From an uncultured delta proteobacterium (GTDB taxonomy: Bacteria > Desulfobacterota > Syntrophia > Syntrophales > UBA2185): a DNA stretch of 64,000 bases. The stretch spans positions 192,001 through 256,000 of the forward strand of contig CAVOID010000003.1 in assembly GCA_963695875.1 (NCBI GenBank), written 5' to 3'. The translations under genes were made by a program, and so were the position numbers. The notes under the pieces were generated by a model. The model did not search any database and was not told where the DNA came from. It was given only the letters and a program-made list of their open reading frames with translations. This document shows, piece after piece, positions 1 to 10,035 of the stretch (position 1 is the stretch's first letter; every line of letters begins with the position of its first letter).

Positions 1-2
1 AC

Positions 3-665
3 TCCATTTTAAGCAGGATCAAGCCGACCCTCGATCTTAAAGAGGCTGCCGGCAATGCTGACATCGTCGTAGAGGTCGTCATTGAGGTAATGGACGTCAA
101 GAAGAAGGTTTACAGAGAACTGGAAGAGATTGTACCTGCCCACTGCCTGTTCTTTACCAACACATCCGGTCTCAGTATTACGGAGATGGCAGCTATCACT
201 AAGCGGCCGGACCGGTTCATTGGCACCCATTTCTTCAATCCTGTGCCGGTGATGCGCCTGCTGGAGATCATCAGGGGCTATGAGACATCTGATAAGACCC
301 TTGAGATCGCCAAAGAATGGGGGGAAAAAATTGGCAAGGAAGTCATCGTAGTCAAAGAAGCACCGGCCTTTGCGGTCAACAGGATACTCTGTATCATGCT
401 TAACGAGGCCTTCTACGCCCTGGACGAAGCCGTCGCCAGTGCAGAGGATATAGACAAGGGCATGGTGTTGGGCTGCAATCATCCCATCGGTCCGCTAGCC
501 CTGTCCGATCTTGTGGGGAATGATACTCTCCTCCACGTGATGGAGGGTCTGCACAGGGAATTGGGTGATAAATACCGCCCTGCTCCCTTGTTGAAGAAGC
601 TGGTCCGGGCGGGTCGCTTCGGAAGAAAAACCGGCAAAGGAGTTTATGATTACACAAAAAAATAA
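3..665 (+). CDS. hbd: 3-hydroxybutyryl-CoA/3-hydroxyacyl-CoA dehydrogenase (5' end outside window)
   Basis: Frame open from base 3; motifs [47 protein letters not shown]. Confidence 0.9.
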   Translation, partial: SILSRIKPTLDLKEAAGNADIVVEVVIEVMDVKKKVYRELEEIVPAHCLFFTNTSGLSITEMAAITKRPDRFIGTHFFNPVPVMRLLEIIRGYETSDKTLEIAKEWGEKIGKEVIVVKEAPAFAVNRILCIMLNEAFYALDEAVASAEDIDKGMVLGCNHPIGPLALSDLVGNDTLLHVMEGLHRELGDKYRPAPLLKKLVRAGRFGRKTGKGVYDYTKK

Positions 666-709
666 GTACCAAAAATACAATAATCAGAATTTAGTTTGAG
701 AGGAGAATT

Positions 710-1883
710 ATGAAGGAAGTTTTTATTGTAAGCGCTGTAAGGACACCGATCGGCAGACAGAATGGATATCTCCGAAACTGGACTGCTCCCGAACTCCTGG
801 GTACCGTGCTGGATGAAGCCGTCCGCAGAATTGATCTCGATCCTGCAATTGTGGATGATGTCATTACGGGTACCGTGTACCAGATCGGTGAGCAGGGTTT
901 TACCCTGGCACGCATGGGGGTATTAGCCTCAAAATTCCCGCTAACGGTACCGGGGGTATCAGTGAACCGTCAGTGCGGGAGCAGTCTCACCGCCATTCAA
1001 CTCGCCCACGGCATGGTCGCTTCGGGCACGATGGATGTGGTGATCGCGAGCGGATGCGAACTGCTGACGAAGTACGGGATGTTTTCAGATTTGAACGGCA
1101 CCCTGCATACAGGTAAGCCCATGGGGAATCCTTTCGGTAAATTTTACACGAGCAAGTACGGCATACCGGATCAGATCAAAGCGGCACAGATGATTGCAGA
1201 CAAGTGGAAAATTACACGCGACGAATGTCATGAGTTTGCCATAGCAAGCCACAGAAAGGCCCACGCGGCAACCGTCAACGGATACTTTCAAGAATGAAAT
1301 CCTGCCAATTAGGGGCGTCGATAAAGACGGCAAAGAAATCGTCAGGGATACCGATGAGCCTATCAGGCCCGAGACATCCCATGAAACGCTTTCCGCCCTC
1401 AAGGTTTTGCCGAATACCAAATGGATAACGGCCGGCATATCGAGCACCATCACAGACGGCGCATCTGTTGTGGTTCTCATGAGCGAAGAAAAAGTTAAGG
1501 AACTCAGGCTGAATCCGATGGCCCGGGTTGTCGCGAATGCCGTCGTCGGTTCCGATCCGGAGATCATGCTCACAGGGCCCATTTATGTAACGCCCAAAGT
1601 ACTGAAGAAAGCCGGCCTTTCCATGAATGATATCGATATCTTTGAAATCAACGAAGCCTTCGCACCGATACCGCTTGCCTGGGCCAAGGAACTGAAGGCG
1701 GATCAGAGTAAACTGAATGTGAACGGGGGCGCCCTTGCTCTCGGCCATCCTGTAGGCAATTCCGGCTGTCGCCTGACCGTTACGGCAGTCAATGAGCTCA
1801 TGCGCCGAAATGCCAAGTACGCGCTTATTTCACTCTGCACAGGCGGGGGAATGTCTCCGGCAACGATTCTTGAAAGAGCCTGA
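710..1883 (+). CDS. Thiolase (acetyl-CoA C-acyltransferase), one frameshift near 1290
   Basis: ORF 710-1297 has SAVRTPIG and NRQCGSS; ORF to 1883 has EINEAFA, NGGALALGHPVG, LCTGGG. Confidence 0.9.
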
Positions 1884-1960
1884 GTAATATATTTCAAAGA
1901 GAGAAGACCTCTATTTTTTGGTATCCTTCAGTGTTTTTTCTCTGTTAAAGGAAGCCCTCT

Positions 1961-3253
1961 ATGAAACCATTGGTATCCCTGGTTCAATATACCGGCAGCC
2001 CTGATGCTCTCAGAGAAACAATCGAGCTTTGCGGTGGATTCGAGAAGCTGGATAAGAAAGCCGGAGTCCTCATTAAACCAAATCTTGTCACGTGGGATGA
2101 CGAGTTTAAGATAGCACCATTTGGCGTGTTTACAACGACGCGTCTCGTGGAGGATCTGGTCATCTTGCTCAAGGATTACGGATGTAATGATATATCCATC
2201 GGCGAGGGATCGGTTGACTTTAAAAAAGGCGTGGGCACCATGGAGGCCTATGCAGGCCTCGGATACAACAGGATAGCAAAAAAGTACGGAATCAAGCTCA
2301 TCGATTTTAATGCCGGCGAATTTAAGATCATCAAGGTGGGGGATGGACTAACATTTCATCTTGCAAGGGAGGCTGTGGAATCAGACTTCCTCATTGACGT
2401 TCCCGTGCTTAAAACCCATGCTCAATCCAAAGTATCCCTGGGACTTAAGAATCTCAAGGGCTGCCTGAAAACCTCTTCAAGAAAACTTTGCCATCAGGCA
2501 AGCCCCGGCCTGGAGCATTGCTTCACATTTGTTGCCGATTATGTGAAGCCTTCCCTGACAATCGTGGATGGCATCTATGCCCTGGAGCGGGGCGCCCTTC
2601 ATTTCGGAAACGCCTTCAGAAAAGACATTATCATTGCTTCCCGCGATATCCTTGCCGCCGATATGGTCGCGGCAAAAACCATAGGCTTCGACCCGCAGGA
2701 CATTATACATTTCGTTGAATATGGCAAACGTCATAATAAATCCTTAAGCCTGAATGATTACGAAATCAAGGGAGCCGTGCTGGAAAATCATGTCAAACCA
2801 CTCAAGTGGGACTGGGGATGGACCAAAGACAACACAGGCCCTTCCGTCTTCGAAAAATTCGGCATCACGGGTACAGCCGTACCCAAATACGATGAAACCC
2901 TCTGCTCCGGATGTTCGCCTTTTGCCAACATGGTAAATATCCTTGTTTTATCGGCATTTCAAGACCAACCCCTTCCCATGGTTGAGATCCTTAACGGCAA
3001 GAAAATGCAGGCGCGACCCGGCTATGATAAAACCGTTCTCATCGGCAATTGTATCATCAAGGCGAATAAGGAGAATGTTAATATCCGGAAAGCAATAAAA
3101 GTGAAGGGATGCCCGCCGGAACCCGGAGAGGTAATTGCAGCATTGAAGGAGGCAGAGCTTCATATCAACGAACTTACGTACTGGGGTTATCTTAGAGAGC
3201 AGGGCGAAAAATACGATAAACAGGACGGGTATTCCTGGGATTTCTATAAATAA
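1961..3253 (+). CDS. DUF362 family putative Fe-S protein
   Basis: IKPNL, VPVLKTH, SLGLKNLKG, D-G-I-Y-A-L-E motifs; C-terminal CSGC, GNC and KGCPP. Confidence 0.8.
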   Translation: MKPLVSLVQYTGSPDALRETIELCGGFEKLDKKAGVLIKPNLVTWDDEFKIAPFGVFTTTRLVEDLVILLKDYGCNDISIGEGSVDFKKGVGTMEAYAGLGYNRIAKKYGIKLIDFNAGEFKIIKVGDGLTFHLAREAVESDFLIDVPVLKTHAQSKVSLGLKNLKGCLKTSSRKLCHQASPGLEHCFTFVADYVKPSLTIVDGIYALERGALHFGNAFRKDIIIASRDILAADMVAAKTIGFDPQDIIHFVEYGKRHNKSLSLNDYEIKGAVLENHVKPLKWDWGWTKDNTGPSVFEKFGITGTAVPKYDETLCSGCSPFANMVNILVLSAFQDQPLPMVEILNGKKMQARPGYDKTVLIGNCIIKANKENVNIRKAIKVKGCPPEPGEVIAALKEAELHINELTYWGYLREQGEKYDKQDGYSWDFYK

Positions 3254-3339
3254 GATATGTTCAAGCAACTAATCCCTGAAACCGTGGTGTCGTGATAAGC
3301 TGTTTTACTTAGTCGAATTTTTCTGTCAGGGTTCAAAAT

Positions 3340-5052
3340 ATGGATGCAGAATCGTATTTCCTTCCTTTCAAAATTCCCGAGCTCAAATCCCGGAATATGA
3401 GAATAGGCAAAGTAGGCCATCTGCGGCGTTCTTTCTCTGTGGTTCCCGATGATTTTTTCAGAATCTATCAGAACGAAAACCTCCATCTGGAAGTCGAATT
3501 CCAGCAGGAGGAAGCCCGCGCCAGAGTCTTTCTCTACACAAATATTGACTGTCCAAAAGACGAATGGAAGGAGATGGAATTCAAACAGGAAAAGGATAAA
3601 ATCTACAGCCTTACATATAAGGTCAGGCTCTGCGGCAGCTATAAATTCAAATTAAAATATTCTCTTGATGACGGCAAAACCTGGTACTGGGACAGGGTTC
3701 CTTTCAGCCATTTGATAGTGGACCCGGAGTCCTTTAAGGATGTGAGGATGTATACGCTGATACCGTCGGTCTCAGGAACTATCAACGACTGGATGGAGCT
3801 GCTTTCCCACATTGCGGGTCTTGGTTTTAATGCAGTTCATCTTCTTCCCATAACCAGTCTTGATTTTTCTGAAAGCCCTTATTCGGCGTACGATCTTTTT
3901 TCGATCGATAAGGCCTACATCGAGAAAGAAGATTTCTCCGGGTTTGGGGCTTTTGAAAAATTTGTTGAAAAAGCCAGGGAACTGGGGATCAGACTTTGTT
4001 TTGACCTGGCAATTAATCATATTGGGCTCAGAAGCAAGATGGCGCAAATGTGTCCGGAGTGGATAGTGCCGGACAAGGGCGAGAAAGACGGACTGAAGCG
4101 TGCAGGCTGCTGGCATATGAATTCCTGGCTGAAATGGGGTGATCTTGTAAAAATCTATTATGATCATCCCCATCCCGGTATCCGCAGTGACATCTGGGAT
4201 TATATGACAAAATATTCCACGTTCTGGTCCCATTTCGCCTGGCTTACCGGGGGTATGGTCCGTCTTGACAACCTGCATTCAAGTCATGAAGGGTTTATCA
4301 CGCACCTGCTTGAAGAGCTGCGCGGCGCCTACCCGGACCTCATTGTTATGGCGGAGTTCTTTTCAGATTCCAATACTGTTCTGAAAAAAGCGGCAGAGTG
4401 GCAGATCGATCTTTTTCTTGCCAATCAGTGGGAACACCCTTATGCGAATGATCTGCGGAACTACCTGCGATATATACATTATATAGGCCGGAAGATACGA
4501 TTTTACATGCCTGTCACCACGCATGACACAGGCGTACCGGCCCAGCTGTTCGGTAAGGCAGAGGCTGCCTTACCACGCTATGCAGTAACAGCCCTCATGG
4601 GTACAGGACAAACCGGTATCGTCCAGGGAGTTGAATACGGGTATCCGGAAAAGATAGATTTTATCGGCAGGAAACATAAGTATGAATTCCAGGAAAATTT
4701 ATACATCTCTCAGGGCATAAGAAATATCAATAGAGTGCTTTCAGAATCATCAGTATTTCATCAGGATGGTAATTTGGAGTTTATTGACAGCAACCACGGC
4801 GCGGTGCTGGGCGTCTTACGACGTCCGGATAAAGAACCGGATAAAGAAAATGACAAGGGCTATCTGGTCTTTGCCAATCTTGATATTCATAATGGCTATA
4901 CTTTACAGGTCGATCTTTCATCGCTGATAAAGAATACAAAAAAGATAAAGATGGAAGATAGAATAACCGAAGGCCGGTACGAATCGCAGGTTAATGATAT
5001 TAAGATTGACATCGAGCCCTGCGGTGTTAGAATACTTAAGATAGAGGTTTGA
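3340..5052 (+). CDS. GH13 alpha-amylase family protein resembling the glucanotransferase part of glycogen debranching enzyme
   Basis: GFNAVHLLP, SPYS, DLAINH, WGDLVK, VRLDNLHS, MAEFF, TTHDT. Confidence 0.75.
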   Translation: MDAESYFLPFKIPELKSRNMRIGKVGHLRRSFSVVPDDFFRIYQNENLHLEVEFQQEEARARVFLYTNIDCPKDEWKEMEFKQEKDKIYSLTYKVRLCGSYKFKLKYSLDDGKTWYWDRVPFSHLIVDPESFKDVRMYTLIPSVSGTINDWMELLSHIAGLGFNAVHLLPITSLDFSESPYSAYDLFSIDKAYIEKEDFSGFGAFEKFVEKARELGIRLCFDLAINHIGLRSKMAQMCPEWIVPDKGEKDGLKRAGCWHMNSWLKWGDLVKIYYDHPHPGIRSDIWDYMTKYSTFWSHFAWLTGGMVRLDNLHSSHEGFITHLLEELRGAYPDLIVMAEFFSDSNTVLKKAAEWQIDLFLANQWEHPYANDLRNYLRYIHYIGRKIRFYMPVTTHDTGVPAQLFGKAEAALPRYAVTALMGTGQTGIVQGVEYGYPEKIDFIGRKHKYEFQENLYISQGIRNINRVLSESSVFHQDGNLEFIDSNHGAVLGVLRRPDKEPDKENDKGYLVFANLDIHNGYTLQVDLSSLIKNTKKIKMEDRITEGRYESQVNDIKIDIEPCGVRILKIEV

Positions 5053-5140
5053 CAGAATAAACTTGAGCGTCTTCTGATGATGCATAGAAGTGGCCCGCTC
5101 ATCACAATGCGAAACAAGAAAAAAATGAGGGGAAAAGAAA

Positions 5141-5326
5141 ATGGATTTAGGAGATTTAGTCGTAATCGATCATCCCAAACATCCATTTAATGGCTGCGTG
5201 GGCAAAGTTGTGGGAAAGCGGGGATACAGGAAACCGGATGATCTCTGGATGCTTATATATGTTGCATCAAAAATGAGGGACTATCTTGTTCCCCAATCGA
5301 TGTTGCGTCTGGAAAAGAAGGATTAG
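5141..5326 (+). CDS. Small hypothetical protein (KOW/SH3-like beta pattern)
   Basis: GAGGGG RBS; GDLVVI-x-HPFNGCVGKV pattern. Confidence 0.6.
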   Translation: MDLGDLVVIDHPKHPFNGCVGKVVGKRGYRKPDDLWMLIYVASKMRDYLVPQSMLRLEKKD

Positions 5327-5328
5327 GG

Positions 5329-5562
5329 TCAGACCCTCCCCCTGGCAGTGCGCCTTTTCTTTTCCACAAGCTCTTCCTCGATGGGCACTGCTTTCTGAAA
5401 TTCCTCGGCTTCATCCAGCGGTTCCTCGTTTTCATAATCGCCGAGTTCCCAGATCATTTCATCGAGGTCCCTATCGTACGCTTTATCCCTCCCGCTTTCA
5501 AATTCCTTAATCTTTTCATCAAGGAGTTTATCCAGCGGTTTTACTTTTTCTTCATAGGCCAT
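5329..5562 (-). CDS. Small acidic hypothetical protein
   Basis: AAGGAG RBS before ATG; 77 aa, E/D-rich. Confidence 0.6.
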   Translation of the reverse strand: MAYEEKVKPLDKLLDEKIKEFESGRDKAYDRDLDEMIWELGDYENEEPLDEAEEFQKAVPIEEELVEKKRRTARGRV

Positions 5563-5989
5563 TTTATTTCTCCTTGGTTTTTTTTGAATTACTAGTTTAG
5601 CTTATGTCAGGTGTTCGGGTTGATCCATCATGGGATTCATGATTTTCACTTTCTAAAAACCTGAATTTGGGATCGGGAAATGGATGATCAGGCCCTTTCG
5701 TAGGTCACACACAATATATACAAGCGGATGTATATCAGCAGCCCCTCTCTTGTATTAATCAAGCCGAGAAAACATATTATGTAGTTAGTAATTTGTGTTG
5801 TTTTCTTAATTAGAGAGAACGGAAATAAATGGATAGCTTTAAATTTCATTTGGAACAGATCCACACAAAATGTTGTTAGACCTGTTGTAATTTGCTATCA
5901 GTTTCATAGTTATGACGATAGGCTTTCTTTGAATGGCAAATTACAATTAATTGTAGTATTAGGAGCTCAATACTATAAGGAGACCGGCG

Positions 5990-7448
5990 CTGAAACTTAC
6001 AATCTTTAACAGGCTGATCATCAGTTCTCTTTTGATAATTCTTCTGGTTGGTATCAGTGGTGTATATACCATCATGAACCTGAATGATCTTAATCAGCTT
6101 ATCGAGTCCATAATCAAGAATGATTCACGTATAATAAAGCTGACCGAAGAGGCTATGGATGATCTATATAGCCTGACAGCAGCGGAAGACAAGTATCTTA
6201 TATCCAGGGATACTGACTATTACCAGCAGTTCAAGAATACAAGAAGCGACTTCATTAAAAGAGTTGATGAGTTGGAAAAGATAGCGGATACCGGGGTCAA
6301 GATTGGTTTATTGGCGGACATCAAAAAATTCCAGGGTCTCTACGATGTGTTGATTGATGAACGGGAGTCGTTGACAGCTGACAAAAAGTTACAGGAAAAA
6401 AATAGCCAGACCTATGTGATAGACAGGGAGCTGATCACCCGTGAAATTGACCAGAAACTGCGAAATCTTGTTAGAGTTTCAACTGAGGATAGGAATACAA
6501 AATTACAGCGATCAAAGGACATGTCGACACAAATTGCAAATATTATCACCATATCGGAATTTCTTGCAGTCATTCTTGTCATTATTATAACTTTTATAAA
6601 TACGCGGAAGATCAATCTACCCATAAAGCTATTGAGCGAACGGGCAAATGAGGTGGCCGGCGGCAAATTTGGTGATCCACTAAAGATTTCTTCTCCGCCG
6701 GAGATCAAGGAATTGGCGGATACTTTCAACATGATGTGTGAACGGCTCAAGGAACTTGGACCAGATGAAAATTGATTATATCAGTCATCTGTCTCATGAA
6801 TTACGAACTCCTTTAACGGTGATCAAAGAAGCGTCAAGTATGCTTCAGGAAGGTGTTTTCTCAAAGGCCCCTGAAAAACAGGAAGATTTGTTCGTATTGA
6901 TCAAAGCAGAGTGTGAACGGTTAATATTATCTGTTAACCGGATACTTGACTTTTCGCGAATGGAAGCGGGGAAAATGTTTTTTTCCTTTCAAAAAGCGAG
7001 CCTTCGTCCTATTATAGAAAAAAATATTTTGAAGTTGTCGCCTCTTACTCAGAAAAAGAAAATGGATATTACCCTTGAAATTCCAGAGGACATTCCTTCT
7101 CTGCGAATGGACAGGGAAAGGATTGAAGAAGTCTTTGAAAATTTGTTAAGCAATGCTTTGAAGTTTACTCTGGAAGGGGGAAAGATCACTGTTTCTGTCA
7201 AGAATAACAGTGAGAATAACAACGTAGAAATATCTGTATCGGACAATGGTCGCGGCATTCCCGAAGACGGATTGATGCAGGTTTTTGATAAATTCAAGCG
7301 TGTCGATGACAAAAGAGGAGCCATAAGGGGAACCGGCATGGGACTCGCGATCGTAAGACATATCATAAATGCACATGGAGGGCATATATGGGTAAGAAGC
7401 AAAGTGGGCGAAGGAAGCACCTTTACTTTTTCTTTGCCTGCATTATAG
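5990..7448 (+). CDS. HAMP sensor histidine kinase (GlrK/QseE-like), frameshift near 6760
   Basis: TM, periplasmic helical domain, TM, HAMP (6032-6775); SHELRTPL, NLLSNA, DNGRGI, GTGMGL (6738-7448); probable start at CTG 5990 after TAAGGAG. Confidence 0.85.
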
Positions 7449-7892
7449 TAATATCGATTCTAATTTGCGGTTGCACTCACTTTTATCAGGCAGCTTTGAC
7501 CAAGCCTGATTTCAAAGAGGCGAATGATTTGATGAAACGGGGAAACTACAAAGCATCTCTGGGCAAGTACGAGCAAATAATTGTACAGATACCCTGAGGA
7601 AGGCGACAGGGTCCTTTTCGAGATGGGCGTAATTTATGCGTTTCCAAGGAATCAGCAGAAAGATTATCAGAAATCTTTGGAATGCTTTCAGAAAATCATA
7701 AAGGATTACCCGGAGAGCAAGTACAGACAAGGCAGCAATGTAATGATTTTTCTTATTAATGAGGTAACAAGGCAAAGAAAACAGATTGATAAGCTCGAAC
7801 GGCAGGTGGAGGAGTTTGAAAAGAAAATAGAACAGATGAAAGAAGTCGATATGAATTTAAAAGAAAAGAAAAAATCAGTTCCTGAGAGATAA
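7388..7892 (+). CDS. TPR-like lipoprotein (QseG/YfhG-like), frameshift near 7590
   Basis: Lipobox ICGC, TPR-like helices, C-terminal coiled coil; sits between kinase and regulator. Confidence 0.7.
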
Positions 7893-9263
7893 TGGGGTCA
7901 GTGATGGACAGACTATTGATCGTTGATGACGATTTGAATGTTTTAAAAGTGCTCAAGATGAGGCTCGAGTCAGAGGGATATCAGATTGAAACCGCATCAG
8001 AAATAGAAACAGCAAAAGACTTGGTGGCTAAGAATGAATATGAACTTGCCGTGCTTGATCTGAAGTTTTCCGGTGGCAGCGGTATAGATCTGATGAAGAG
8101 TATCCGTGAAGTCGATCCTGATCTTCCGGTCATTATCCTGACGGCATACGGGACCATTGAAAGTGCAGTCGAAGCAATGAAAGAGGGCGCATATATTTAT
8201 CTGACGAAGCCCTTTAACAATCGCGAACTTCTTTTGCAGATCAGGAATGGCATTGAAAAATCAAAACTTTCAAGGGAGGTAAAGAAACTAAGGAGTATTG
8301 TAAGGCAAAATATTAATACTCAGAATATCATTGGTCAGAGTGAAGCGATGAAGAAGGTCCTTGATTTGACGTTTCTTGCAGCGGAGTCCAACTCGAATGT
8401 GTTCATCAGTGGCGAGAGCGGAACAGGAAAAGGGATCATCGCAAGGGCTTTACATCAACTGAGTGACAGGAAGGACAAGCCTTTCGTTTCACTCAACTGT
8501 GCAGCAATTCCTGCGACCCTGCTTGAAAGCGAACTTTTTGGTTTTGAAAAAGGTGCCTTCACAGGGGCTACGGCGAATAAAAAGGGTCTTTTTGTACAGG
8601 CCGATGGCGGGATAATCTTCCTCGATGAAATATCCGAGATCCCTCTTGCCATGCAGGGAAAACTCCTCAAGGCCCTTGAAGATAGAGAATTTTATCCACT
8701 GGGGGCACAGAAGACCGTCAAAGTTGATATACGGATTATATCAGCCTCCAACAAGGATATTGAGATAGAAGTTGAACAAGGAAATTTCCGCAGTGACCTC
8801 TTTTACCGTATACATGTAATTCCTATCAGGATGCCGCCTCTAAGGGATCGAAAAGAAGATATCCCTCTTCTGGTAGAACACTTTTTAGAAAAGTATGCCG
8901 TTAAGATGAATAAAAGTATCAAGAGTATCGCACCGCAAGCCCTTCAGAGGATCATGCTTTATTCCTGGCCCGGCAATGTTCGGGAATTGGAGAACATCAT
9001 TGAATGCGCCGCTGTAATGGTAAGGGATGATGTGATCACGGAAGATATGATAGTCCTTACCACCCAGAAGATGGATGAAAGCGCCTTCCGGTCATTCAAA
9101 GAATCCAAACAGGATTTTGAGCGAAGCTACCTCATAGAATTGATGAAGATCAGCAGAGGCAATGTCAGCCAGGCTGCCAAAATAGCAGGTAAGTACCGTG
9201 CTGATCTTATATGCTTTACTGGAGAAATACAACCTTAGTCCATTGGAGTTTCGACAGGACTGA
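7892..9263 (+). CDS. Sigma54-dependent response regulator (GlrR/QseF-like), frameshift near 9210
   Basis: Receiver domain, GESGTGK, ESELFG, GAFTGA, WPGNVREL, HTH GNVSQAAK; C-terminus continues in another frame to TGA 9261-9263. Confidence 0.9.
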
Positions 9264-9330
9264 AGGAAAAATCCTCCATGTAACGACTGCAACAATTTAA
9301 ATATATTCGCTTGTTTTGAATTTTTTTGAT

Positions 9331-9348
9331 TGTAGGATAATCCATACA
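9331..9348. promoter_or_regulatory. Candidate enhancer-binding-protein site TGTA-N10-TACA
   Basis: Palindrome TGTAGGATAATCCATACA about 90 bp upstream of a sigma54 promoter. Confidence 0.5.
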
Positions 9349-9435
9349 ATTTTCTGTTCCACACCGGCCCATTTTCAGGGCAAAAATAATAATAATCCAT
9401 TTAATAACAATAAGTTAGAGGCCATAAGCCCTTTC

Positions 9436-9451
9436 TGGTATGCCTTTTGCT
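9436..9451 (+). promoter_or_regulatory. Sigma54 -24/-12 promoter
   Basis: TGGTAT-GCCTT-TTGCT matches TGGCAC-N5-TTGCW spacing. Confidence 0.7.
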
Positions 9452-9538
9452 ACATAAAGAATACGCTGATTCTGAAACCCAAATTAAAAAGTAACCTTTT
9501 ATTTGAAATGGATTTGCTCAGATTAAAGGAGCAGTAAG

Positions 9539-9721
9539 ATGGTTTACATAATCACTAGTATAATCATTTATTTAATCCTGGTTTTATTCTTCTGGTCTCT
9601 ATGTGCCATTAAAAATAGAAGTTCCCTCGAAACAAGTGAAAGTGTGTTAAAAAGCGAAGAAACTGAAATTTCATTTGATGAGGTTTTGGCAAGAACTTGC
9701 TCTTCCGCTGATGGAGTGTAG
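9539..9721 (+). CDS. Small single-pass membrane protein
   Basis: AAGGAG RBS; hydrophobic N-terminus, acidic tail; downstream of sigma54 promoter. Confidence 0.55.
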   Translation: MVYIITSIIIYLILVLFFWSLCAIKNRSSLETSESVLKSEETEISFDEVLARTCSSADGV

Positions 9722-9891
9722 GAAGAGCCCTTCAGTCCCTTTTCTTTCTGATTTTTTCTTATGAGAAATCAATTCGCCATATAAATAAACCTGCCATTCT
9801 GTTTATCAAAAAACTAAAATATAAATATTCCAGATAAATGCATAAAGCAGCCGTCGCCCATTACCCCTGGAGTCGTACAACCGTTTTCCCA

Positions 9892-9920
9892 TTGACACCC
9901 CACCCCTTTTTCTTTATGCT
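9892..9920 (+). promoter_or_regulatory. Sigma70-type promoter of the giant AAA/VWA gene
   Basis: TTGACA-N17-TATGCT; second TTGACA at 9948. Confidence 0.5.
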
Positions 9921-10035
9921 TCCCCGCGACCGAATTCCCATGCAGGATTGACATCTCTGCCAATGATGCATAATTTTCTTAAGACAGAGACTTAGACTGA
10001 TATGGGAGAAATGTGAAGAGAGTTTATTCTTTGAT

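Noticed and set aside
1295..1297. TGA in thiolase as possible selenocysteine
   Set aside because: Homology continues in a different frame (KNEILP), so it is a frameshift, not read-through
4825..4848. 12-bp tandem duplication (PDKE twice)
   Set aside because: In-frame loop duplication, unremarkable
5606..5710. Possible long stem-loop/ncRNA in the intergenic region
   Set aside because: Pairing is weak and matches no RNA family I recognise
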